Assembly (NCBI GenBank): GCA_963845065.1
Contig: CAWJQQ010000006.1
Span: forward strand, 288,001-352,000
From: Nitrospirota bacterium
GTDB lineage: Bacteria > Nitrospirota > UBA9217
Reading direction: 5' to 3'
Length of the DNA: 64,000 nucleotides
Positions 49,748 to 60,606 of the stretch are shown in pieces (within the stretch, counting starts at the first letter, position 1; each line of letters opens with the position of its first letter). The position numbers were made by a program, and so were the translations under genes. The notes beneath the pieces are model-generated. The model had not been told where the DNA came from. It searched no databases and saw nothing but the letters and a program-made list of their open reading frames with translations.

Positions 49748-51078
49748 CAGTAGTGTCCGGTTATCGATTTTCGAAAGTGCGATAACACGTTGTAATGCAA
49801 AAACATAAAGGTCAAAATGCAACTTTTCGATTTGAACTCAAATTATCTCGATTCGTTCTATAATCCGCCTCAGTACCAACTGAGGAGGTGCCAGGATGAA
49901 TTCTGGGAAAACGGTCTTCGCTCAATTGCTTCAACATCTACCGCGCTACGAGTTCAACCAGTGCGTTCTTCGATATCACGGCGATCACAAAGTCAGAAGC
50001 TTCTCCTGTCTCGATCAATTCCTCTGCATGGCCTTCGCTCAACTGACCTATCGCGAAAGCCTACGAGACATTGTAACGTGCCTCAACTCCCACAGAGAGA
50101 AACTCTATCACATGGGATTTCGAGGGAAGCTCTCAAAGTCAACTCTGGCAGACGCGAACGAACTCCGCGACTTCCGGATTTATCAAGACTTCGGTTATTT
50201 GCTCATCAACATAGCCAGCAAACTTTATCGGGACGAAGATCTTGGCCTGGATCTGAAACTGGTGGTCTATGCTCTGGACTCAACCGTCATCGATCTTTGC
50301 CTGTCCACATTCCCCTGGGCAACATTTCGCAAGACGAAAGCTGCTGTCAAGGTGCACACCTTACTCAATGTGCAAGGATCAATTCCGACCTTTATTTTCG
50401 TGACTCCCGCGAGTGTTCACGATGTCAATATGATGGATGCCGTTCCATTCGAAGCCGATTCTGTTTATACAATGGACCGAGCTTATCTCGATTTCGAGCG
50501 GCTCTATCAGATCAATCAGCTGTCTGCATTCTTTGTCATCAAAAGCAAGAGCAACACGCGGCTACGTCGCATCTATTCTGCTCCGGTGGACAAAGAAATC
50601 GGAGTTCAAGCCGACCAGACGGTCATGCTCGTCGGCTACAAATCACGTTTGGCTTATCCAGATACCTTTCGCCGGGTACGTTATTACGATGCCGAACGAA
50701 ACAAACGCCTGGTAGTTCTTACGAACAACTTCCTTATCCCGGCCAAGACCGTAGCAGATATCTATCGCTCACGTTGGCAAGTGGAACTGTTCTTCAAGTG
50801 GATCAAACAACATCTGCGGATCAAGTCGTTCTTCGGGACATCTCCCAATGCGGTCAAGACTCAGATATGGATTGCCGTCAGTGTTTATCTTCTCGTGGCG
50901 ATTGTCAAGAAGCGACTGAATCTTCCCGGCAGTCTCCACACAATTTTACAGATTTTAGAGGTCAACCTTTTTGAGAAAAAGCCTATTTCACAAGTGGTTA
51001 ACGAAGCTATCAATCACGAAACGGAATGTAACGACGATAACCAGTTGAATTTATTTACGTAACAACCGGACACTACTG
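49748..51078 (+). mobile_element. Intact IS4-family insertion sequence (1331 bp)
   Basis: Perfect 15-bp IRs CAGTAGTGTCCGGTT/AACCGGACACTACTG; 9-bp TSD AGATATTAT at 49739-49747 and 51079-51087. Confidence 0.96.
49896..51062 (+). CDS. IS4-family DDE transposase
   Basis: ALDSTVI, MDRAY, YRSRWQVELFFKWIKQHL (YREK signature). Confidence 0.96.
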   Translation: MNSGKTVFAQLLQHLPRYEFNQCVLRYHGDHKVRSFSCLDQFLCMAFAQLTYRESLRDIVTCLNSHREKLYHMGFRGKLSKSTLADANELRDFRIYQDFGYLLINIASKLYRDEDLGLDLKLVVYALDSTVIDLCLSTFPWATFRKTKAAVKVHTLLNVQGSIPTFIFVTPASVHDVNMMDAVPFEADSVYTMDRAYLDFERLYQINQLSAFFVIKSKSNTRLRRIYSAPVDKEIGVQADQTVMLVGYKSRLAYPDTFRRVRYYDAERNKRLVVLTNNFLIPAKTVADIYRSRWQVELFFKWIKQHLRIKSFFGTSPNAVKTQIWIAVSVYLLVAIVKKRLNLPGSLHTILQILEVNLFEKKPISQVVNEAINHETECNDDNQLNLFT

Positions 51079-51191
51079 AGATATTATCAATCACAACTAC
51101 GGGATGTTGGGGTTATCGAGAAAGTAGGTGAATCCACCTTGCTTTTGAAATATATTAGTGTTACATTCGGAAAGAATGAAGGATTCTAAGA

Positions 51192-52241
51192 ATGACCGCA
51201 GAAAAAATTAACATCAAATCTCTGAACCGTGACGAACTATTGGCGCGTCTCGTGGATCGGGGACTGAAAAAATTTCGTGTAGACCAGATCCTCAGGTGGA
51301 TATACACGCACCATGCTCGATCTTTCGACGATATGACGAATATCTCGAAGTTGGAGCGGGCGCAGCTCGCATCCTGCTTTTACATTCAAACCCCAAAGAT
51401 CATCAGATCGGAAACATCTTTTGACGGCACGAAAAAATTTCTTTTCGAGCTCATGGATGGCCATACTTTCGAAAGCGTTCTTATCCCTGATGAGGAACGG
51501 CAATCGCTGTGCATCTCTTCCCAGGTAGGCTGTCAGCAGGCGTGCCGGTTCTGTCTTACCGGAAGTGGCGGTTTTACGAGAGACCTCAAGGCATACGAAA
51601 TTGTTGATCAGGTGCTGGAAATTTCTCGTATTCTGAAGGAAGAGGGAATGCGGAGCATTACAAACATCGTGCTCATGGGCATGGGTGAACCGCTCGCAAA
51701 CTTCGACGAGGTCGTTAAGGCGATAAAGCTCATCACATCCGGCACGGGGCTCGGATTTTCGCCGCGACGAGTGACAGTCTCTACGGACGGGCTGGTCCCG
51801 CAAATAGAGAAACTGGGTCACGCGGGAGTCAAGGTAAATTTGGCCGTGTCGTTAAACGCAACGACCGACGAGGTGCGTAACAGGATCATGCCCGTGAATA
51901 AGCGCTATCCGATAAAGGATCTTTTGGCTGCCTGTAAGCGCTTCCCCCTTGAACCAAGACGTCGGATCACCTTTGAATATGTGATGTTGCGGGGCGTGAA
52001 CGATTCCATAGAGGATGCACAAAGGCTTAGGAAGTTGCTGCGAGGGATCAAGTGCAAGGTAAACCTCATCCCGTTCAATCCCTTTTTGGGTAGTGAGTTC
52101 AAAAGGCCTGATGATGCAACGGTGCGGCGATTCCAGAAGATCTTGCTTGACGCCCACTACACCGCGCCCATCCGCGAATCTCGCGGCCGTGACATCTCGG
52201 CGGCATGCGGACAGTTGCGAGAGAAAGTAGCGGCAGCATAA
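51192..52241 (+). CDS. rlmN: Dual-specificity RNA methyltransferase RlmN
   Basis: CISSQVGCQQACRFC, MGMGEP, NLIPFN, DISAACGQL. Confidence 0.97.
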   Translation: MTAEKINIKSLNRDELLARLVDRGLKKFRVDQILRWIYTHHARSFDDMTNISKLERAQLASCFYIQTPKIIRSETSFDGTKKFLFELMDGHTFESVLIPDEERQSLCISSQVGCQQACRFCLTGSGGFTRDLKAYEIVDQVLEISRILKEEGMRSITNIVLMGMGEPLANFDEVVKAIKLITSGTGLGFSPRRVTVSTDGLVPQIEKLGHAGVKVNLAVSLNATTDEVRNRIMPVNKRYPIKDLLAACKRFPLEPRRRITFEYVMLRGVNDSIEDAQRLRKLLRGIKCKVNLIPFNPFLGSEFKRPDDATVRRFQKILLDAHYTAPIRESRGRDISAACGQLREKVAAA

Positions 52242-52345
52242 GAACAATCAATTTCCCCGAATAGATAAAAATAAGTAAGAGCATATTGTCAAGCTGACAC
52301 TATCTTACAGGGTGTGAGAGGGATTGCTTGGTTTTTGGGCGATAT

Positions 52346-52382
52346 AAAAAAGGACGGGAAACTTTATCGTCCCCCATCCTTC
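52346..52382. terminator. Possible terminator between convergent rlmN and cheY
   Basis: Imperfect AGGACGGG/CCCATCCT stem with adjacent A tract. Confidence 0.4.
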
Positions 52383-52409
52383 GTGTACCTTTTTGTGTTT
52401 TGTTCACAA

Positions 52410-52787
52410 TTACTTATTTCCTAGAATCCCATTGACCACGCTCAACAGGTCCGCAGTTTGGATGGGCTTGGGGATGTAGGCGTTGGCGCCGAGGGCCAGT
52501 CCACGCTTGCGGTCCTCCTCTGCTCCTTCAGTGGTAATAATGACGATCGGGATGGTCTTATGCGCCGGATCGTTCCGCACCATCGAAACGAGTTTCAGTC
52601 CGTCCATGATGGGCATATTGATGTCCGTCAGGATGATGTCGAATTTCTGGGTCGAGAGCTTCTTGAGGGCGTCAATGCCATCGTTTGCTTCGACAATCTT
52701 GCTGCCCGGAATGCGCTTCAAGGCAAAGGAGATCAACTGCCGCATCGTCGGGGAGTCTTCAACTACCAGAAAATTATACTCGGGCAT
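52410..52787 (-). CDS. cheY: Single-domain response regulator CheY
   Basis: VVEDS, TDINMPIMDG, ITTEG, YIPKP; last gene of the che cluster. Confidence 0.9.
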   Translation of the reverse strand: MPEYNFLVVEDSPTMRQLISFALKRIPGSKIVEANDGIDALKKLSTQKFDIILTDINMPIMDGLKLVSMVRNDPAHKTIPIVIITTEGAEEDRKRGLALGANAYIPKPIQTADLLSVVNGILGNK

Positions 52788-52801
52788 GATCTAACCTCCG
52801 T

Positions 52802-53629
52802 TTATTTTTCCTTGAGCAGATCAAGAAAGCTCTGGATCGTCGTCAGTTTGCGCTCGGATTGCGAATAGAGCTTAGACGAAAACAGTGCCGTGGCTGCATG
52901 GCCGGCAAGCATCGAGAAAAGTTCGTAGTCTACGTTCGAAAACTGCTGTTTCTGGACTAGGAGCTTGTAGATGACAATGACGCCGATTACGTGCTCTTTG
53001 ATTTTTAGCGGTATGACGACTAAGGGGTGGAGATAATCCACACCAACGAGATCAGTGGGATCTCCCTCGCGGTAGAACGACTCACCTGATCGCGCAGCGG
53101 CACCGATGATCCCCTCTCCCAGCTTGACGCTGGACCTCGCCTCGGGTCCCATGCCTTCCTGGGCAACGATCGTGAGTTCGTTCGTCTTCTCATCGAGCAT
53201 CATGATGGAAAACTCCTCGGCGCCGATTAAATTCATGACGATCTCAAGAATTATCTTCAGGGACTCGTTGAAGTCCAGCGTGGAGTGCAATTGGTAGCTC
53301 GCGACGTAGAGGTTTGCCAAATTGTTATTTTCAGCCTCTACCTCTATGTATCGGTTGGCGAAGTCCTTATTCTCCTCCTCGACCACACGGTAGCGCTCAA
53401 TAAGGCTTCTGTTCTCATCTTCAAGAAATTTGACCCGCTCTTCCAGCGAGTGCACCTTATAGGTGCCTTCGCGATCTGAAAACTTGGTGACTTCCTCAAG
53501 CTGGGCAACTCGGTACCGAAGTTTCTCGTTCTCCTTGAGTAGCTCCTGAGTAAATTCCTCGCCTTTTTTGAAGACCTGGAGAAATTCTTCAACCTTTTTT
53601 GATATCGATGCGGGTTCTTTTTCCATCAT
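52802..53629 (-). CDS. Coiled-coil + GAF domain protein
   Basis: N-terminal heptads; LYVASYQLHSTLD..GEGIIG..VIPLKI..VIGVIVI..LAGHAATAL; no output domain. Confidence 0.88.
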   Translation of the reverse strand: MMEKEPASISKKVEEFLQVFKKGEEFTQELLKENEKLRYRVAQLEEVTKFSDREGTYKVHSLEERVKFLEDENRSLIERYRVVEEENKDFANRYIEVEAENNNLANLYVASYQLHSTLDFNESLKIILEIVMNLIGAEEFSIMMLDEKTNELTIVAQEGMGPEARSSVKLGEGIIGAAARSGESFYREGDPTDLVGVDYLHPLVVIPLKIKEHVIGVIVIYKLLVQKQQFSNVDYELFSMLAGHAATALFSSKLYSQSERKLTTIQSFLDLLKEK

Positions 53630-53803
53630 TTTCTCCTGTTGTAACCGCTCAAAGCACCGGTGTCTCTGCTGCGGGCCTTTTCATGCAAGACGGGAGCATT
53701 TTCGTGATAGCACACCGCGCACCCTCCCACTGAAGATATGAACGATACGGGCAATTATAGTCGAGTACGAAAAAATTATCAAGGGAGAATTCTCGCGGTT
53801 ACT

Positions 53804-54880
53804 TCAATCAATAGGCTTACCGGGGTTACATCGAAGCAAGATCTCCTGAGCCATCTCGCGCAGCGGCAGCACCTTGTCAATAACGCCCGTTCGGATAGCC
53901 TCTTGCGGCATGCCGAAGACCACGGCACTTTCTTCACTTTCCGCAAGGCACAAACCTTGTTCCTTTTTTATAGCAAGTACTCCCTCAACGCCGTCTTTGC
54001 CCATCCCAGTAAGCACGACCCCAAGCACGGCAGGCCCACAGGCTTCGGCGGCGGAGACCATCATCCGATCGGCGGATGGTACATACATATCGGAAGAACT
54101 CCGTTGAACAAGCTCGGTAATTAGACCTTTGCGGTCTTGCTTTATTATGAGATGATAGCCGCCGGGCGCGATGAGTACGGTACCAGGTTTCAGACGATCG
54201 CCTGCTGCTGCCTCGCTGATGGCGAGTGCAGAGAGTTTGTTCAGCCGTTCTGCAAAGCTTTTGGTGAATCCGGCTGGCATATGCTGCGAAACCACGATAC
54301 CGGCGCGAAGATCGGCCGGCAGCGCTGTCAGAATGGCTTGGAGCGCAGGAGGGCCTCCTGTAGAAGATGCGACAGCCACAACCTCAATCGGCCCATGCTC
54401 TTTCTCTGCCTCTTCCTTCTTCTGGGCAACAGGAGCTGTCTGCTGTCGGGACAAGAGAGCTATCGTGTCTTTTACCCGCGACATCTGCATGTTCATGACA
54501 GTATGAACCTTGATCAAAAGATCATCGTGGATGGCTTCAATGCTCCTGGATATACGGGCTTCAGGCTTTGCGAGGAAATCTACGGCACCAACCTCGAAAG
54601 CGCGGAATACACTCAGGCTGTCGGACCTGGACGAAAGCACGATCACGGGCGTAGGGTGTTCTTTCATGATCCACCGGAGAAAAGTGAACCCGTCCATATG
54701 CGGCATCTCAAGGTCGAGTGTGATGACATCCGGCAACATACGGAGCGTCTTTGCAATCGCGTCAACGCCATCGACGGCGCTGCCGACAACCTCAATGTCT
54801 GTGTCGCTCGAAAGCATCTTTGAGATGGCCGTGCGATTATAGGCGGAGTCATCAACAATGAGAGCTTTGATTTTTTTCAT
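53804..54880 (-). CDS. cheB: Chemotaxis methylesterase CheB
   Basis: REC domain plus SSTGGP, QHMP, LTGMGKDG catalytic motifs. Confidence 0.96.
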   Translation of the reverse strand: MKKIKALIVDDSAYNRTAISKMLSSDTDIEVVGSAVDGVDAIAKTLRMLPDVITLDLEMPHMDGFTFLRWIMKEHPTPVIVLSSRSDSLSVFRAFEVGAVDFLAKPEARISRSIEAIHDDLLIKVHTVMNMQMSRVKDTIALLSRQQTAPVAQKKEEAEKEHGPIEVVAVASSTGGPPALQAILTALPADLRAGIVVSQHMPAGFTKSFAERLNKLSALAISEAAAGDRLKPGTVLIAPGGYHLIIKQDRKGLITELVQRSSSDMYVPSADRMMVSAAEACGPAVLGVVLTGMGKDGVEGVLAIKKEQGLCLAESEESAVVFGMPQEAIRTGVIDKVLPLREMAQEILLRCNPGKPID

Positions 54881-55045
54881 GCCATTTTTTTTTCGTCGTT
54901 CACATCAGTGGCGATGCTCTTTTAAGCGCAGAAGGCATGGGGTTCACTCGTAATCATCCTTAAGCCTCGTCGCTCGGCTCAATGCTCACTGACCGTTATA
55001 TCGCCAGAGGCTTTATTTCTTATATCGTTTCATTCCCATTTCGTC

Positions 55046-55909
55046 TTATTCCGTTTTTGTCCTCACGGGTTTCTGGTAGACCATGTCATTCTTAAGAGTG
55101 CGGAGCATGAAGGCGTTCGAGATATTGATCAGTGATTCGGAATGACCCAAGAGAAGGTAACCGCCTTCGCGGAGCTTTTGATAAAAGCTTTCGATAACCT
55201 TTTTTTTGGCTTCCCGATCAAAATAAATGATTACGTTGCGGCAAAAAATGACATCCATGTTATTGATCAGGCTGGTTTTATGTGGATCGAGGAGATTGAC
55301 AGAGCTGAACGATACCAGTTCCTTAACGCGGTCGATAATGCGGTAATCGTTTTTTTCATCCTGCACAAAGTATTTGGCCAACATTTCTGGACTCGTAGCA
55401 CGGTGTGCGCTCTTCTTGTACACACCTTTGCGTGCCGTATGCAGCACTCGCTGGTTGATGTCGCTACCGAGGATTTCAACCTGCCAGTCCCGCCACCAGT
55501 CGCCGGACTCGAGCAGGAGAATAGCGATAGTGTACGGTTCTTCTCCCGTGGAACAGCCGGCGCTCCAGATCCTTAAAACTTTACGGTCTGTGAGGGACCG
55601 ACGCAGTTCAGGCAGGATTTCATCGGAAAAGGCACGGAGCTGCGGGCTCTCGCGAAAAAAATACGTCTCATTGGTGGTAAGATTATCAACAAGCACCACC
55701 AGTTCTGCTTCTCGTTTCCGGTCGTACTTCAATAAATGGTAGTACTCCTCGAAGTTTTTGAGCCCATGTTGTTCGAGCCGACGGGAAAGTCGGCGCTCAA
55801 GCAGGAATTTAGACCCGTCGTCAAAATATATTCCGCAGTAACCGTGGATAAAATCCCGGAGAAGCCTGAAGATATCATCTGGCAGAGGAATGATCTGCTC
55901 TTCGAACAT
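55046..55909 (-). CDS. cheR: Chemotaxis methyltransferase CheR
   Basis: TTNETYFFRE, WSAGCSTGEEPY, IFCRNVIIYF, LGHSESL. Confidence 0.96.
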   Translation of the reverse strand: MFEEQIIPLPDDIFRLLRDFIHGYCGIYFDDGSKFLLERRLSRRLEQHGLKNFEEYYHLLKYDRKREAELVVLVDNLTTNETYFFRESPQLRAFSDEILPELRRSLTDRKVLRIWSAGCSTGEEPYTIAILLLESGDWWRDWQVEILGSDINQRVLHTARKGVYKKSAHRATSPEMLAKYFVQDEKNDYRIIDRVKELVSFSSVNLLDPHKTSLINNMDVIFCRNVIIYFDREAKKKVIESFYQKLREGGYLLLGHSESLINISNAFMLRTLKNDMVYQKPVRTKTE

Positions 55910-57901
55910 TTATTTCCCCAAAGCCTTTTTCGCCGCCTGCCGCACAGTCAGATCCGGGTCTTCTTCGGCAATCTTCGCAAGAAGTGTCTCGGTTGTTGCA
56001 GTACCTTTTTGTTTGACAACCTCGATTGCCGTCTTACGCACGCTCCAATGAGAATCGAACAGACATGCGGCCACGGACACTGCAGCGGCTTCTCCTTCAT
56101 AATGCGATAACGTTAGGAGTACAGTCTTGCGTACTTCGGGATCAGGATGATCAACCAGCGCAATCAACGGCCCCAGGGCTTTCGGGAATTGAAGTTTTCC
56201 CAGCACCTCTACTATTGCCAAGAGAAATATATCAGTTGCCGTCCCGAGGTAGGAAGTGAGGACCTCGCCAGCCTTGTCTCCACCAATGTTAGCGAGCCCC
56301 CGTGCTGCTGCAGCCTTCACCCAGAGGTCGGTGTCTTCTAGGAGGTGGATAAGTGCGTCGCGAGCTTTAGATGAGTCTATCGCGCCCAGCGCCTCAGCTG
56401 CCAGCATTCTAACCTCGGGATCGTCATCAGTAACCGCAAGTAAGAGTGATCTGAGAGCTTTCGCGCCTGCAGCGCTGCCGAGTGCCTGTACAACAGCCTT
56501 TCTGACTGCCGGCTCCTCGTCCTTAAGCGCAAATGTCAGTGCCTCATGAGCTCGATGGCTCGAAAACTTTCCGAGCAGGCGTGCGATGTTTCTCCGTAGA
56601 TAGGCCTCGTGGGAGGAAAAATCCTTTAGGTGGGCATCGAGTACTGATTCATCGCCGATCGTAGCAAGCGCCTGGATAGCAGCTTCCTGGACGTTCTCGT
56701 ATTCGTCCTGCAGGAGAGCCAGTAGGCCGGCGCGCGCGTTCCTGCTTTGGAGAAGCCCTAAGGCACCTGCTGCCGTGCTCCGCACATGGCCGTTCTCGTC
56801 TTGTAAGAGCATAATTAAGGCGTCTTCGGCAGCTGTTATACGGCCTTCACCCAGCACCTGGGCCACGGTCTGCCGGACCAGCGCATTTTCATTCGAGAGA
56901 AAACCGACGAGGAAACCGGCCTTGCCAGGATCGATATGCGCAAGCGACTGCACCACGGGATCGACGAGGTCTTCTTCTTTCAATAGGGCAAGTAGTCTTT
57001 TAATCGAGTTTTCCCTGCCTGTCCAGCCGAGCACAGCGATTGTCGATCTCTGCAGCTCTCCTACGCTCGTTATGAGGATTTCCTCAAGAAAGTCCATAGC
57101 TGACGCACTCAGGCCGGTTCGCAAAACTTCTACGATGTTCCGGCGTTCCGTCGCTCCGCTCTTCCGGTAGATCGTGTCAAGCGCCACAATCGAAACCTCG
57201 CGAACAATCCGAAGCGGGTCGGTTAGGCTCGCGATGAGCGGCCCCAGTGTTGTAGCGTTGCCAATCTTTCCAAGAGCCTCAAGAACGGGCTCTCGGAGGC
57301 TATTTTGGCCGAGTGCTGCAAGAAGCGGTCCGAGCGCACGTTCATCGCCTATCTCTCCTAGGGCCTCTGCGGATGCATAGTCGAGCCAGCCCTGGTTGTG
57401 GTGGGTTAAACAATTAAGTAGCGCATCAACTGCACGGCGGTCTCGAATCTTGCCGAGGGCCTCCGCTGCCGCCACTTGGATATTCTCGTCAGCGTCTCTC
57501 AGCCTGTCGATCAGGGCCGGTACAGCACGGCGGTCTTTGATGTCCCCCAATATGTCGACGACGAATTTCCGCACGTCCAGATCAGGCGTTTCTATGATGC
57601 CGAGTAGGGGATCGACAGCCTGGCCGCCGATCTGAATTAGCGCCTCGATGGACGAGTTTCGTGCACCTGCGTTATCCTGCGAACTCAGCGTCTGAATGAG
57701 ACCGCCGATGACGTTTGCCCCGCCGAACGACAGCAGCGCTTCAACCGCGGTCTTCCGTACCCGCCAGTCAACATCTCCCATTGCGCGGAGGAGGAGGGGC
57801 AAGGATTCGCTGCCAATGCCGGCAAGCTCGAGGACTGCCTCACGTCTCTCCTCGGCGTTGCTACTCTCGAGCTTATTTCTACTCGCTTCACGATGCAACA
57901 T
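55910..57901 (-). CDS. HEAT-repeat (PBS lyase-like) protein
   Basis: Many ~31-aa repeats of type L.D.D..VR..AA.ALG.IG; ATG at 57901 after GGAGG. Confidence 0.92.
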   Translation of the reverse strand: MLHREASRNKLESSNAEERREAVLELAGIGSESLPLLLRAMGDVDWRVRKTAVEALLSFGGANVIGGLIQTLSSQDNAGARNSSIEALIQIGGQAVDPLLGIIETPDLDVRKFVVDILGDIKDRRAVPALIDRLRDADENIQVAAAEALGKIRDRRAVDALLNCLTHHNQGWLDYASAEALGEIGDERALGPLLAALGQNSLREPVLEALGKIGNATTLGPLIASLTDPLRIVREVSIVALDTIYRKSGATERRNIVEVLRTGLSASAMDFLEEILITSVGELQRSTIAVLGWTGRENSIKRLLALLKEEDLVDPVVQSLAHIDPGKAGFLVGFLSNENALVRQTVAQVLGEGRITAAEDALIMLLQDENGHVRSTAAGALGLLQSRNARAGLLALLQDEYENVQEAAIQALATIGDESVLDAHLKDFSSHEAYLRRNIARLLGKFSSHRAHEALTFALKDEEPAVRKAVVQALGSAAGAKALRSLLLAVTDDDPEVRMLAAEALGAIDSSKARDALIHLLEDTDLWVKAAAARGLANIGGDKAGEVLTSYLGTATDIFLLAIVEVLGKLQFPKALGPLIALVDHPDPEVRKTVLLTLSHYEGEAAAVSVAACLFDSHWSVRKTAIEVVKQKGTATTETLLAKIAEEDPDLTVRQAAKKALGK

Positions 57902-58445
57902 GTTCGGCCTCCGCAAGCGCTGAACGCTCCTGCTGGTTCAATATCCTGGCAATATCGAGAAGAATAATGAGCCGCTCCCCTACTTTGCCCATCCCAGTTA
58001 TGAAGTCAGCCTGTCTTCCTGTCGCGGCCTCGGGGGCCGGTTCGATATCTTTTTTGGGCACATGAATCACTTCTTTCACGACGTCTACCACCAGTCCGAG
58101 CAGTTCCTGCCTGTTCCCTGGGGAGACCGGGACCGCTCCCCTCGTGATCATCATGCGCATCTTACGAAGATTATCACGTATCTCGGCAAGACCGAACCGT
58201 TTTCTCAGATCGACAATCGGGATAATAATACCGCGCAGATTGATCACACCCTCGATAAACTGAGGCATCCGGGGCAATGTCGTGATCTTATGGGGTCTGA
58301 CGACCTCTGTTATGTAATTAATGTCCAGGCCGTATTCCTCCGCGCCCACCTGGAAGGTCACGAGTTGTACAGTTTCCTCGACAGCGGTTGACTTTTTTTC
58401 TTTTGCGATGATGCTCTTCATAATTATTGCACCATTCCTGTTCAT
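57888..58445 (-). CDS. cheW: Chemotaxis coupling protein CheW
   Basis: QLVTFQVGAEEYG, GVINLRGIIIPIVDLR, GLVVDVV. Confidence 0.95.
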   Translation of the reverse strand: MNRNGAIIMKSIIAKEKKSTAVEETVQLVTFQVGAEEYGLDINYITEVVRPHKITTLPRMPQFIEGVINLRGIIIPIVDLRKRFGLAEIRDNLRKMRMMITRGAVPVSPGNRQELLGLVVDVVKEVIHVPKKDIEPAPEAATGRQADFITGMGKVGERLIILLDIARILNQQERSALAEAEHVAS

Positions 58446-60580
58446 TACGTTCTGAATTTTTCAATATCTTTTTTCAGCGTTTCCGACTGTTTGACCATCA
58501 CATCCATGGCAATGTTTAGCCCGACACTCAGGTCCGCATTAGATTTAGCAATTTCTTTGATCCGCTCGATGGCCTTTACGATCAAATCGCTCCCGGCCTG
58601 CACTTCACCCGCCGCACGGTGGACCATCCCAATTTTCGTGCTCATATTTTCTACGGACACAGTAATGTCCTTGCTACCCTTGGCCTGTTCTTCCGTGGAG
58701 TTTTTTACAAAGCGCGTCAATTCCCGCATCTTCTCCGATGCTCGCATGATCTGATCACTGCCGGCCCGCTGCGCGTTTGCGGCGTGGGCAATCTGGTGGG
58801 TCATTTCATTAATTTTTTCGACAGCATCACTAACCTGCCGAATGCCTCGGGTCTGCTCGGCTGCAGCCTTGCTAATACTCTTGCTCATGTCGCGGGCCAT
58901 GTCCGCTCGTTCCAAGATTTTTTTCAGCGCCTCTCCGGCATCACGTGCAAGCAAAACTCCATCTGCAACTATCGTGACCTCTTCCCGCATGACTCCAACT
59001 GCATCGCGCGTCTCTTCCTGAACAGATGCGATCAGTGTACCAATTTCCTTCGTAGACGAGGCCGTGCGGTTAGCGAGCTCGCGGATCTCTGCCGCGACGA
59101 CAGCAAACCCCTTGCCATGCTCGCCTGCCTGCGCTGCCAAGATGGCTGCATTGAGGGCCAAGAGTCCAGTTTGGTCCGTTATATCCTCGATCACAGTCAA
59201 AATGCTCCCGATACTCTCGGCCCGTTCACCCAAGCGGTTTACCACCTCCGCAGTACGCCGTGCTGTTGTATCAATCCGGTTCATGCCTTCGATGGTCTTC
59301 TCGATCGAACACATACCAAGCTGCTCTGCGTCGGCGGCGACTGCATTAGCAAGCGCGGCGGACTCCTGCGCATTGATTTCCACCTCTTTCACCGATGCAC
59401 TGATTTGCGTCGCCGACGCGGCGGTATCTTCTGCGGCAGTGGAAAGGACCTCCACGTTTTCGGCGATCTGGCGAACCGCGGCCGACATCTGGGTGATAGC
59501 ACTCGACGTATCCTCTATGGATAAGGACAGATCCACCATCGTCTTGGCGACTTCATGCACCGAGGCCGCCATCTCGATCACAGATGATGACGTCTGTTCC
59601 GAGCTCTTATGGAGTTCCTCGACGGTTCCCGCAATCTCCTTCAGGGAGAAATGCATCTCGTTTACAGAGGAAGCGGCTTCTTCAACGGATTCCGCCTGCA
59701 CTTTGCTTCCCGTCGTAATCTCCGTGGATATTGCTTTAACTTCCCTCCATACGGTTTCTGTCTTATGGGCTGCCTCCTGAATATTCTCGATCATGCTTTT
59801 GAGCCCAATGATCATCCGGTTCAAGCCTCTTCCAAGCATTCCAATCTCATCCATAGTGCTCACACGAAAACTCTGCGTCAGGTCGCCAGCCGCGATATTC
59901 GATGCCACGACTTCCGCGGTCCTCATCGGCAGTACGATCATCCGTCTGATCATGGAATAATTAAGCGCGGCCAGAATCACGATGATCAGCAGGCTCGTTC
60001 CGAGAAGCATCATGACGATTTTCCAAACATTGGCCTGTATTTGTGAGCGCGAGAACGCTATCTTTACCTGGCCCAGTTTTGTTTTTTCGAGCATGATGTC
60101 AACGGACACTTCGATGGGGTCGAGCCTCCGACAAATGGCTTCGGTGAGCACATTGACATCATCCGTTTTTGCAGCATTGAGGATCGCAGTGACGGCCTCG
60201 TTCCCCCGATTGAAACTGGCCCGCGCAGACGTAAGAGGACGCCCGTCATTGTTCACGATAACCACATAGAGGATTTCGGGCGATTTTACGACGTCCCCAA
60301 CGAGCATGTTCAGGGCCACTAGATCGCTTGCGATAAGACGATCGATGATCGCTTTCCCGAGAACCATCCCTGTTTCGCGCCCGCGAACTTCAACAGTGCG
60401 ATACTGATACGTGAGAACCATTCTGGTAACAAAGACCGTACCCAAGATCATGACCAGGGCAATCGCGCCGGTCATGACCGCCATGAATTTCAGCCCCATG
60501 TTGGCGTCGATCCGGTCCCTGACGGTCCTTTTAAAAAGCTCTCGCAAATTGATTTTTATCTCCACCCTTGTCCCGCGCAT
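58445..60580 (-). CDS. Methyl-accepting chemotaxis protein (long cytoplasmic domain)
   Basis: TM-periplasmic-[40 protein letters not shown]; start uncertain (60565-60610). Confidence 0.95.
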   Translation of the reverse strand: MRGTRVEIKINLRELFKRTVRDRIDANMGLKFMAVMTGAIALVMILGTVFVTRMVLTYQYRTVEVRGRETGMVLGKAIIDRLIASDLVALNMLVGDVVKSPEILYVVIVNNDGRPLTSARASFNRGNEAVTAILNAAKTDDVNVLTEAICRRLDPIEVSVDIMLEKTKLGQVKIAFSRSQIQANVWKIVMMLLGTSLLIIVILAALNYSMIRRMIVLPMRTAEVVASNIAAGDLTQSFRVSTMDEIGMLGRGLNRMIIGLKSMIENIQEAAHKTETVWREVKAISTEITTGSKVQAESVEEAASSVNEMHFSLKEIAGTVEELHKSSEQTSSSVIEMAASVHEVAKTMVDLSLSIEDTSSAITQMSAAVRQIAENVEVLSTAAEDTAASATQISASVKEVEINAQESAALANAVAADAEQLGMCSIEKTIEGMNRIDTTARRTAEVVNRLGERAESIGSILTVIEDITDQTGLLALNAAILAAQAGEHGKGFAVVAAEIRELANRTASSTKEIGTLIASVQEETRDAVGVMREEVTIVADGVLLARDAGEALKKILERADMARDMSKSISKAAAEQTRGIRQVSDAVEKINEMTHQIAHAANAQRAGSDQIMRASEKMRELTRFVKNSTEEQAKGSKDITVSVENMSTKIGMVHRAAGEVQAGSDLIVKAIERIKEIAKSNADLSVGLNIAMDVMVKQSETLKKDIEKFRT

Positions 60581-60606
60581 ACGACTCCTCGGTGTGGTAA
60601 CTGATG

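Noticed and set aside
58619..59780. Long plus-strand ORFs of 301 and 238 aa
   Set aside because: Antisense shadows of the Ala/Ser-rich MCP coding sequence.
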